Shown here: piece by piece, positions 1 through 8,431 of the stretch | Layout of the letters: every line of letters begins with the position of its first letter | Position numbering within the stretch: the first letter of the stretch is position 1 | Assembly: GCA_038236395.1 (NCBI GenBank) | Contig: JBBRZT010000001.1 | Location: forward strand, 1 to 47,463 | Reading direction: 5' to 3' | DNA from: Candidatus Acidiferrales bacterium | GTDB taxonomy: Bacteria > Acidobacteriota > Terriglobia > Acidiferrales > UBA7541 | DNA: 47,463 nucleotides | Translations under genes and position numbers: made by a program | The notes under the pieces: generated by a model | Told to the model about the DNA's origin: nothing | Databases searched by the model: none | The model's input: the letters and a program-made list of their open reading frames with translations, nothing else

Positions 1-140
1 AGGCGTATCATCTCCGATCTCGAACTGCATACATTATCCATTTCATGGAAATTCAGCAAGCGGACTGCTCAGGTCCCAAAACTTTCTCCAACTTCCGGCC
101 GATTGCACATCCCTACACTCGGGGATTACCGGAAGAGACT

Positions 141-170
141 TTGACATCGTATAACGTATTTTGTATACAC
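141..170 (+). promoter_or_regulatory. Putative sigma70 promoter (TTGACA-N17-TATACA) overlapped by a TGTATACA palindrome, upstream of the TonB receptor pseudogene
   Basis: TTGACA at 141-146, 17-bp spacer, TATACA at 164-169; TGTATACA palindrome at 162-169 resembles GntR/FadR-type operators. Confidence 0.5.
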
Positions 171-264
171 TTCGCATTGACTTTGCACGATGCCGAGGAG
201 ATCACCAAGAAATAGCACCACGGGAATCAAGGGTAGCTGTTGCAGGTGGAATTCGGAGGGTCTC

Positions 265-2042
265 ATGACTAGGCTATTTATGTTCAGCATCGTTCTCTCC
301 ATCCTTTTAGTGCTCCCCTCATCGGAACTTGAAGCCGCTCAGGTTCGTACCACAGGCCAATTGTCCGGAACGGTTACAGACCCTTGCGGTGCAGTGGTCG
401 CCGGCGCGGCAATTGAATTGTCCCAAGCTTCCACCGGTTTTCATCAGGCGATGACTGCCAATACATCCGGCAAGTACGTTTTTCCGGCCGTGCAGCCCGG
501 CAGCTATCTGCTGAGGGCCAGCGCCAAAGGTTTCCGCGATGCCCTATACGAAAACATCGTGATCGACGCAGCTAGAACCACCGATCTACGAGTGCAGTTA
601 AAGGTGGGAGAGTCCTCGGAGACGGTGCGGGTTTCCGCCGAAAGTGAAGTTTTGGAGACAACTACTAACACCCTGTCTTCCACCATCAGTCCCGAGGGCC
701 TGCAAAATTTGCCTCTGGGCGGCCGGGATGTGCTTCCCTTCGCACAGCTGGTTCCCGGAGCTCAAACAGGCGGCGATCAACGATTCACCACATACAACGC
801 ACTACCGAACGCTGCAATCAATATCACGGTGGACGGCGTGAACAATAATTTCCAGCGTTACCGTACTTCCACGACCGGCTTCTACACGGCCGCACCACTT
901 CGCCTTGGCGCCTTCGACGAAGTGACCGTTTCAACGGACAGCCTAACCGCCGATGCTGGGGCGGAGGGCTCCGTTCAGTTGCGTTTTGTGACTAAACGGG
1001 GTACCAACAATTTTCATGGATCAGCGTTCTGGCAGGTGCAGAACAGTGTTTTCAACGCCAACAGTTTCCGAAACAATGCGCTGGGTGCTCCAAAGTCGTC
1101 TTCGCATTTGAATGACTATGGCGGGAGTTTAGGCGGCCCCATCTGGAAGAACAAAATATTTTTCTTCTTTAACTACGAGGAGGAAGACAATCCCTTCGCC
1201 GTTTTCACTGGCGTTCAAATCCCGACGCAGCCAGCGCAGCAAGGCCTGTTTACCTACACGGGAGTCAGCGGCGCCCAGCATACCGTAGATCTGCTCGCCC
1301 TAGCCCAGGCAAACGGATTTCCTGCAACCGCCGACCCGATCATGGCGAGTATCTTTGATCAACTTAACGGTTTTGCGCAGAATCAAACACTGAGCCCACT
1401 TGCAAATCTCGCGTATGTGAACCAACTCAACTTCTTTCAGAGGCAGAGTAACACCAACAGATATCCTACCGCGACTGGACGGTCGGCACGATTCTGACTG
1501 CACAGTCCGGACGGAATTTTAAACTGCTTGGCGGATTCAACTCTTTCAATTATTTCAACAACCCTCTTAATGCTCCCGATCAATCCGATTCCGGAGTGGT
1601 CTTAAATGGCGTCACCAAAAGCCAGCTACAGAGCAACGTAGGAGTATTTGACGGACCGAACACTAGCGAACCAGTTGTTTTTCTGAATCCCAAGCTGTTC
1701 GCAAACGGTAACCAACCCATTCTCCCGGTTACTACACCAGGCCAATTGGGCAGTTTCATCTTCTTGACCGGACCGATGTTTGTGAATACCGATATTTCTA
1801 TCATCAAATCGATCCCGATCCTCGAACGCGTGCGGCTCAACATTTACGCGGAGTTTGTAAATGCGTTCAACCATCCGAACTGGACGGTTACTGATAATTT
1901 CTCTGGCGCCACAAACAATCCAGCACAATATGTGAACATTCAGAATGCAACGTCGTTTGGCGCCAGCATCGCAAATCCAAACAATGCCAGCGGTACGAAT
2001 GGGGCGCGCAGTATTCAGTTCCGTTTGCAGTTGGCGTTCTGA
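265..2042 (+). pseudogene. TonB-dependent receptor (Oar-like, carboxypeptidase-regulatory N-terminal domain) with a large internal deletion and frameshift
   Basis: GGAGG RBS then ATG at 265; signal peptide, GTVTDP..GA motif, plug motifs (LPLGGRD, VTKRGTNNFHGS, GGSLGGPIWKNKIFFFFNYE). This frame stops at 1497. A second frame from ~1473 (DWTVGTILTAQSG...) encodes the barrel C-terminus (AEFVNAFNHPN...RSIQFRLQLAF). The middle of the barrel is absent. Confidence 0.88.
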
Positions 2043-2563
2043 TCTAAACCATCAGCGTTCGCACAAGGGTAGAGTCCATAGAGAGACTGTGGATTCGGGT
2101 TCCATCGCTATGCAGCGGCAATGCTCGCCCGTCGTTTCGAGAATTTTCTGCACGGTTATGCGTCCGCGAAACATCGCGAAGTCAAATCAGTCAGCCCCGC
2201 CAGATATCGCCGACCGAATCCGGCGGAAAAGGATCTTCGGCGTCGACAAGATAGTTCGCAATCCCGGTGATCCGGGCTCGCCCACTGAGTGAGGGAACGC
2301 CGCAGCGTAACGTCCGACGTGCATTAGGTTGCAGTTTTATGAGGGATATCCGCGCGGCTCACCCGGCCGGCTCACCACCCGCGTGCACATCCACTTGTTT
2401 CAGCGTTAACTGAATAATATTCCTGCGGGGCGTAGAGGCGGTAAAGCGCGAGCCAAAAAATATTCTCGTTCTCGGCTTAAGATTTGGGCCGCTCTTGGTG
2501 GACGGCCAAAAGGTCGAGGCCGGCAGCGCAAAAAGAGGTAGGTGTTTTTCAGGTTGGTGAGCG

Positions 2564-3754
2564 ATGGTCTATAAACGCGGGAAATGTAAACTTGATTTCC
2601 AGGGAAAATGCACCAAGTGCGGCAAGCGTGGCTCCTGCGGAGTTTATTGGTACAAGTTCATGTGGCAGGGAAGGCTTGTCCGCGAATCCACGAAACAGGG
2701 CAGTGATAAGGTGGCCCGGCAGATGGAAGCTGCGCATCGGACGTCGCTCGCGAAAGGAGAAGTGGGACTACGTGACAAGAAACTATCAAGTACCCTGCGC
2801 GAGTTTATTGCCGAACGCTTTGAGCCGTGGGCAAAATCTACGTTCGAGAAAAATTCGCCAAAGACTTGGCGTGACTACTACAAGGTCGGGATAAGGGCAA
2901 TTAGTGCCTACAAACCGTTGGTTGACGCCAAGCTCAACCAGATAACTAGCGAAGCAGCCAGTGGTTTCGCTGCCTATCGCCAATCCCAGGGGCTGCAAAT
3001 CAGCACGGTTAATAGCTCATTGCAAATATTGCGCCGAATGCTTCGTTTAGCTGCTGAATGGGATCTCTGTGATGCCGCACCCATGATCCGAATGTTGCCC
3101 GGTGAGCGTCACCGTGAGCACGTGGTTACGGTCGAAGAAGAATCTCGATATTTGGCTGCAGCGCCTGAATTGGTTGCTCAGGTAGCAGCGATTCTCGCGG
3201 ATACCGGTGCGCGACCCGAAGAGTGCTTCCGGCTGCGGTGGGAATCGGTGACATGGTCTAATGGGAGAAATGGAACATTCTTAGTGACGCATGGAAAAAC
3301 GGCGGCTGCCCGCCGCGTTCTTCCGATGACACTCCGCGTCAGGACCATCCTTGAGAGCCGTTGGAAAAATGCCGGGAAGCCCGTCGAAGGTTGGATTTGG
3401 CCTGCTGCCACGCGCAGTGGACATCTTGAATCTTCCAGCTTGAAGAAGCAGCATGCCCGGGCTTTCATCATTCTGCGTGAAGAGGCGAAGCGGACCAATG
3501 CGAAACCTGTGCGCCCATTCGTCCTATATTCACTGCGTCACACTTTCCTGACTCGACTCGGAGAATCAGGTTGCGATGCCTGGACCCTGGCGCGCATCGC
3601 CGGCCATAGTTCCGTGTCGATGTCGACCCGCTACGTACATCCTTCCGAGGATGCCGTGTTCACAGCGATGGAAAGATTAGGTGGGCACAAAATTGGGCAC
3701 ACAACGAAAATCGCTGTGGCTGATACGAATCTGCAAAAGCAGCTACCTTCATGA
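2564..3754 (+). CDS. Tyrosine-type site-specific integrase (phage/ICE type)
   Basis: Catalytic motifs DTGARPEE (R), HGKT (K), YSLRHT (H/Y-x-x-R), IAGHSS, TRYVH (Y); N-terminal arm-binding beta-strands (GVYWYKF...RESTK). Confidence 0.95.
   Translation: MVYKRGKCKLDFQGKCTKCGKRGSCGVYWYKFMWQGRLVRESTKQGSDKVARQMEAAHRTSLAKGEVGLRDKKLSSTLREFIAERFEPWAKSTFEKNSPKTWRDYYKVGIRAISAYKPLVDAKLNQITSEAASGFAAYRQSQGLQISTVNSSLQILRRMLRLAAEWDLCDAAPMIRMLPGERHREHVVTVEEESRYLAAAPELVAQVAAILADTGARPEECFRLRWESVTWSNGRNGTFLVTHGKTAAARRVLPMTLRVRTILESRWKNAGKPVEGWIWPAATRSGHLESSSLKKQHARAFIILREEAKRTNAKPVRPFVLYSLRHTFLTRLGESGCDAWTLARIAGHSSVSMSTRYVHPSEDAVFTAMERLGGHKIGHTTKIAVADTNLQKQLPS
3682..3701 (+). repeat. Tandem TGGGCACA direct repeat, candidate integrase arm-type binding sites
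   Basis: TGGGCACA at 3682-3689 and 3694-3701, ~70 bp from the tRNA 3' end. Confidence 0.5.
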
Positions 3755-3770
3755 ATCTGCGGGATTAAAA

Positions 3771-3848
3771 TGGTCGGGGCGAAAGGATTTGAACCTTCGA
3801 CCTCCTGGTCCCGAACCAGGCGCGCTAGCCAGGCTGCGCTACGCCCCG
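3771..3848 (-). tRNA. tRNA-Pro (anticodon CGG)
   Basis: Reverse complement CGGGGCGTAGCGCAGCCTGGCTAGCGCGCCTGGTTCGGGACCAGGAGGTCGAAGGTTCAAATCCTTTCGCCCCGACCA folds as a cloverleaf; anticodon loop TTCGGGA, T-loop GTTCAAATC, encoded CCA. Confidence 0.97.
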
Positions 3849-4009
3849 ACTGATGTGCCCAGCGTTCATCACTGGACTCAAATCATAGATTATCACAGCC
3901 AGGCATCACCGGATACGGGTACAACGGGTCGCTTTTTTTGAACGCGGGTATGCGCGCGATGCTCATACGGAAAGCGCGATCGGAAACCTGTGCCGACAGA
4001 CCCCTAGTC

Positions 4010-4047
4010 AAAAAGAAAACCGCCAGACACATCAGCGTGTCCGGCGG
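4010..4047 (-). terminator. Rho-independent terminator of the 4068-8006 TonB receptor
   Basis: 11-bp stem CCGCCGGACAC/GTGTCTGGCGG followed by TTTTCTTTTT on the minus strand. Confidence 0.8.
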
Positions 4048-4067
4048 CTCTTGCAAAACGCAGCCGT

Positions 4068-7000
4068 TTAGAACTCGTAGCGCAATGCGAACTGCATCAC
4101 CCGCGGATTGGTCAGCAATCCCGTGTAGTTTCCAAAAGATCCGGAATCGAGATTGGTGTTAATGCTTTGGACGTCGAAGCGCTTCAGATTGAGCACGTTG
4201 AATACTTCCCAGCGGAACTGCAGGCTTTGCGATTCCTTCCACGGCATCACCCAGCGTTTGGACAATCCCGCGTCCAACCCGGCAAAACCATTTCCGCGAA
4301 TCTGATTACGCCCACCGCTTTCCCCAGGAAAGGCGTGGCGAAATGCGCCAATTCCAGTGGGACCCGTCGGATCAGCGAAAATACTCACTGAACCTTCGGG
4401 AGTTCCCGGCGCGTTGTAAAAGGTACCCGTATGCACAGGTCCGGTTTGTACGGCCCCGCCACCCAGTTGCCAGTTCGTTGGCCAAGTCCCGCCGTTAAGT
4501 ACCGACACCGGGAAACCGCTGGTCCATCGAGCCAGTCCGGAAAGCTGCCATCCACCGATTAGAGCGTTCAAAGCTCCGCCCGCATCGCGAGCCAACCATC
4601 GGCCCTTTCCAAAGGGCAGTTCTAGAATCCAGTTAGCATTGATCTGGTGTCGGAGATCAAAGTCCGATACCGATCGCCGTGCCTTGGGATCCCATGAGTT
4701 TATGACCTGTCCGGAAAGTCCACTCCAGGGGCCAATGCGTTCGGCATCGGAGCCCATATCAATGGACTTCGAGTAGGTGTAGTTGAAATCAAACTGCAGG
4801 CCACGTGACATTTTCTTTCGCAAACTGACTTGCATCGCGTGGTAATTGGCTATGCCTTTGGAGCGCCAGGCGTAGAGCGACTTGAATTGTTTGTTGAAGT
4901 AGGCGCTGCTTCCCAGCTTGGTCGGATAGTAGTTCACCGGGTTGCCATTTGCATCTGTAAGTGAGCCCGCGATTCCGGCGTTGCCGGAAAAGTCTGACCC
5001 TGCTTGGTCCAGCTGCCACAGCGCTGTCGTCTCGTTGAAGGTATTGCAGCTGAACAGATCATAAGCCGCCTGTAACGGGCTGGACGTCGACGCGCCACTG
5101 CAAGACAGGGAATACGAATCCCCGGCGGCTAACGGCGCGATAAGATCTTGCCAGTAAGCAGCAGTTGGACCCACCAGTGCGGGCGTAATGCTTGATGTAG
5201 GTGTGCCAGCGGCGCTCAGTTCCGAAAGAGCGCGCGCCGCTTGGAAATACGTCACTCCTGACGCCGTATCCACGAGGTTCAGCGGCATGGCCAAATCTTC
5301 CTGTACCAGCAACCGATGAGAAAGTCTGCCGACGTAAGAAACCTCGATGCTAAGGCCTTTCGGCAACTGGCGAGCAACTGACAAATCCAGCGCATACGAA
5401 TACGGTGTTTTGATGCTGCTGTCCAGTCCCCAGTTAATCGCTAGTCCTTGCGTATTATCTTGCGGCGTAAATGGGAATCCTCCCGGAGGCGCAGGCGGAA
5501 AAATAACGTTTCCGTTTTGATCGGTAACCGGAATCGTATTCAGGTCGGCCACGCGAGGAGCGGACGTGACAGATGGCACCTGGTCGTTCGTAAGGGTGGT
5601 GGACAACCCAAAAGAACCATACTGATCAAAAGTGCTGAGCAAGCCCGCGCCGACGCGATCGTAGACCACACCAAAGCCGGCACGAATAACAGTTTGATCT
5701 CTTTCTCCGAAGATATCTCTCAGGAGACCTGAAGAAAAATTGGGAGCCCAAGCAAGGGCCACTCGCGGACCAAAGTTCTTCTTGTCCCAGTTGTAAAAAC
5801 CGGGCTTGCCGTTGGCAGGGCCGGCGAGGTCCAAAGTAATCAAAGGATCCTGGTTCGAGCCAATGCCATTGTTCATCTCATTGGCGCGGGTCTGAAACCA
5901 GCTGCCCAGACTGAACGAGGGCGCTACTTCCGTCCCAGTGGTTTCCCACGGAGGTGAAAACAAGGAATAGCGAAGACCGTACGTTAGCGTCAGTGTCGGC
6001 TTGATTTTGTACGAATCCTGGAAATAAAACTCATATTCATCGGCTCCCCAACGACGCTTTACTGGCGAGTTTAACGGCAAGGCTTGGCCCGTCTTGTCGT
6101 AGTTGTACGCCGCATCCAACTGGCTCACAATCCCCAGCAGCGCAACCGTCGAATAATCATAGGAATTGTCAAAGCCAGTGGCTACCGCTGGAAAGCCGTT
6201 GCTTGCGGGATCAAGCGGACTGTTCTTGTTAGCCAATCCCGCGGTGTCCAGGCCAGAAGAATTGGTGACCCCATCGCTGAAGGAACTGAGAAAATTTTCA
6301 CGCGGATTGCGGATAAATCGCACATTCGTTCCAAACTGAAAAGTGTGGCGGCCCTTCGTCCAGGACACGTCATCCACGAAATTGTGCACTGGTGTCTGGT
6401 ATGCAAAGCTTCGAGTTACCGCCTGGCTTGAATTTGCGGCAGTGCTGTTGTCATTTAGTCCCCGAAAAAATATAAAGGGCTGCGTGTCGTTGTTACCCAG
6501 ATTTCCGATGCTTTGCCGGGTGTACCCGTAACGAAAGCTATTAAACACCGTCGCCGTGAGTGCGGCCGTGTAACCAATCGTAAATCCTTTGCTGTAGTCC
6601 ACCGTGGAAAGCAGTGGTGAATCACCAGGCAGGTAAGGCGCTCCGCTCTGCGCGTCATTGCGCAATGCGCCGCGCCAGAAAAGTGTGTGACTTCCGCTAG
6701 AAGTAAGTTTGTAATCGGCGCGCGCGATGTACCAATTTCTGTTTGTCGGCACCGCGCCGCGGAAACGAAATCCTTCCAGGTTAACGTTGTCCCCCACGGT
6801 ATTGTCGTTGGGCAATGGAAAACTGTTCAGGTAGTTGACCACTACGGAATTTGGTCCGAGACCCAGCGGATCCATATTGGTGAGTTGTGTGGGACTTAGG
6901 GCGAAGCTGCCGGCTGGAACAGTAAAGCTGGTGCCCGGTATCGTGCCTCCCGGGCAACTGGCGGCATTCGCGCACGTGTAGGTCACGTAGCCAGCGCGGA

Positions 7001-8006
7001 AAGCGGCGCTGGGCACCACGCGAACAACGCTGGCTTCTTCGCGCTGGCGAGCCGCTTCGTAATTTGCGAAAAAGAACAGGCGGTTCTTCTTGATAGGCCC
7101 GCCAATGGAACCGCCAAAAATATTCCTGAGCAACTTGGGTGCTACGTTAGGATCGCCATTCGCCAACTCGGCTTGTTTTACGAAGTAATCGTTCGCGCTC
7201 GTAACCGTATTCCGATGGTATTCGTATGCCGATCCGTGGAAGTCATTCGTCCCGCTCTTGGTCACCAGGCTGACCTGCGCGCCAGACGAGCGCCCCTGAT
7301 CGGCATTGTAGCCGGTAGTCGTGACGCGAAACTCCTGGACCGAGTCCAGCGTCACCGGAAGGACCGAAGTGAACGCGCTGCCATTCACCTGATCGTTGGC
7401 ATCCACACCGTCAAGCGTCAGGTTGGTTTGATCGCTGCGTGCTCCATTGACCGAACCGCTGCGCGTATCGTTATTAGTATTAATGTCCGAGCGGTTTCCG
7501 GTGTACACCACACCCGCCTGCAAGGTCAGAAGGTCGGGTATGTTGCGGCCCTCCAGCGGCAGTTGCTTGATCTGATTTTCGCTGAAGGCGATGCCCAGCG
7601 AAGCGTCGGTGGTGTTCACCAGGGCGGCCTGCGCCGAGACTTCCACGGTCTCTGAAGATCCTCCTAATTCCATGACGATATTCTTGGTCGCAGGAGTGTT
7701 CACCTGTAGTTGCAGGTTCCTCTGCTCGTAATTCTTAAATCCCGGCAACTCCACCGACAGTACATACGTTCCCGGTGGCAAGCCGACGAAATCGTACTCT
7801 CCGGCATCGCTTGAAACGGTGTCGCGCGCTTGAGCCTGACTTTCAAATGTGAGCGTGACTTTAACGCCCGTCATGGCAGCGCCGGACTTATCGGTGACCA
7901 CACCATGCAGCGAGGTGGTCCCCGTTTGCGCCCAAACCGCAGCCGCAGCCAGCATTGAAATCATCAAGCCAAGGATAATATTGCGCTTCAGAGAAGACCG
8001 GCTCAT
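4068..8006 (-). CDS. TonB-dependent receptor, Oar-like, with carboxypeptidase regulatory-like N-terminal domain
   Basis: Start refined to ATG 8006 (GAAAGGA RBS; MSRSSLKRN signal peptide); LPLEGRN, SVQEFRVTT, VTKSGTNDFHGS motifs; ends PRVMQFALRYEF. Confidence 0.93.
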   Translation of the reverse strand: MSRSSLKRNIILGLMISMLAAAAVWAQTGTTSLHGVVTDKSGAAMTGVKVTLTFESQAQARDTVSSDAGEYDFVGLPPGTYVLSVELPGFKNYEQRNLQLQVNTPATKNIVMELGGSSETVEVSAQAALVNTTDASLGIAFSENQIKQLPLEGRNIPDLLTLQAGVVYTGNRSDINTNNDTRSGSVNGARSDQTNLTLDGVDANDQVNGSAFTSVLPVTLDSVQEFRVTTTGYNADQGRSSGAQVSLVTKSGTNDFHGSAYEYHRNTVTSANDYFVKQAELANGDPNVAPKLLRNIFGGSIGGPIKKNRLFFFANYEAARQREEASVVRVVPSAAFRAGYVTYTCANAASCPGGTIPGTSFTVPAGSFALSPTQLTNMDPLGLGPNSVVVNYLNSFPLPNDNTVGDNVNLEGFRFRGAVPTNRNWYIARADYKLTSSGSHTLFWRGALRNDAQSGAPYLPGDSPLLSTVDYSKGFTIGYTAALTATVFNSFRYGYTRQSIGNLGNNDTQPFIFFRGLNDNSTAANSSQAVTRSFAYQTPVHNFVDDVSWTKGRHTFQFGTNVRFIRNPRENFLSSFSDGVTNSSGLDTAGLANKNSPLDPASNGFPAVATGFDNSYDYSTVALLGIVSQLDAAYNYDKTGQALPLNSPVKRRWGADEYEFYFQDSYKIKPTLTLTYGLRYSLFSPPWETTGTEVAPSFSLGSWFQTRANEMNNGIGSNQDPLITLDLAGPANGKPGFYNWDKKNFGPRVALAWAPNFSSGLLRDIFGERDQTVIRAGFGVVYDRVGAGLLSTFDQYGSFGLSTTLTNDQVPSVTSAPRVADLNTIPVTDQNGNVIFPPAPPGGFPFTPQDNTQGLAINWGLDSSIKTPYSYALDLSVARQLPKGLSIEVSYVGRLSHRLLVQEDLAMPLNLVDTASGVTYFQAARALSELSAAGTPTSSITPALVGPTAAYWQDLIAPLAAGDSYSLSCSGASTSSPLQAAYDLFSCNTFNETTALWQLDQAGSDFSGNAGIAGSLTDANGNPVNYYPTKLGSSAYFNKQFKSLYAWRSKGIANYHAMQVSLRKKMSRGLQFDFNYTYSKSIDMGSDAERIGPWSGLSGQVINSWDPKARRSVSDFDLRHQINANWILELPFGKGRWLARDAGGALNALIGGWQLSGLARWTSGFPVSVLNGGTWPTNWQLGGGAVQTGPVHTGTFYNAPGTPEGSVSIFADPTGPTGIGAFRHAFPGESGGRNQIRGNGFAGLDAGLSKRWVMPWKESQSLQFRWEVFNVLNLKRFDVQSINTNLDSGSFGNYTGLLTNPRVMQFALRYEF

Positions 8007-8109
8007 GCACTGTTCCTTTCGCCCACTTAAATTCAACTTGGTGTTTACTGATTTGGAGTCTGACGCGGAAAGTGCTGAAAGGTTTCGCACTCGCCCCGGA
8101 ATGTGAGGA

Positions 8110-8126
8110 TGCAACTTGTGGGCCAG
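8110..8126 (-). promoter_or_regulatory. Sigma54 (RpoN) -24/-12 promoter
   Basis: Minus strand CTGGCCC-ACAAG-TTGCA matches TGGCAC-N5-TTGCW spacing; ~100 bp upstream of the ATG; AT-rich tract further upstream. Confidence 0.7.
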
Positions 8127-8375
8127 ACCGGGCGGGCTGAAAACGCTGCACTTCTTTGTGGGAGCTTTCTGACGATTCAGGTAGCTGAAGATAATTTAGA
8201 AACCAATCTGCAAAACCATATAAAATTTATGACGTTATAGTTGACCAATCTATCTTCTACACGCTCTGTCGAATCCCATCAGGCTCCCATTCTCTCCCGC
8301 GGCGAAATATCACCTCATTACATCTTTTCCGGCAAACGGTGAATCGCCCCTTCGGCCCGCAACCTTCCCCAAAAC

Positions 8376-8415
8376 GAAAACGCCGCCGGGCTGAACTAGC
8401 CTCGGCGGCGTTTTC
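8376..8415 (-). terminator. Rho-independent terminator (possibly bidirectional) after the 8432-12328 receptor
   Basis: GAAAACGCCGCCG...CGGCGGCGTTTTC inverted repeat with A/T tracts on both sides. Confidence 0.8.
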
Positions 8416-8431
8416 CGGTTGCCTCCGGATT

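Larger units (their letters stand above)
1..3770. mobile_element. Right arm of an integrative element/genomic island inserted at tRNA-Pro(CGG); left boundary outside window
   Basis: Tyrosine integrase ends 16 bp from the tRNA 3' CCA; decayed cargo gene; composition looks less GC-rich than the core genes (by eye). Confidence 0.65.

Noticed and set aside
1465-1500. Programmed frameshift joining the two receptor fragments
   Set aside because: No slippery sequence, and the joined product would still lack most of the beta-barrel
2043-2563. Possible excisionase or small gene between the receptor pseudogene and the integrase
   Set aside because: No ORF with an RBS or HTH-like pattern recognised; only short fragments
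3681-3941. 86-aa plus-strand ORF
   Set aside because: It is the antisense reading of tRNA-Pro (WSGRKDLNLRPPGPEPGAL is a classic tRNA shadow translation)
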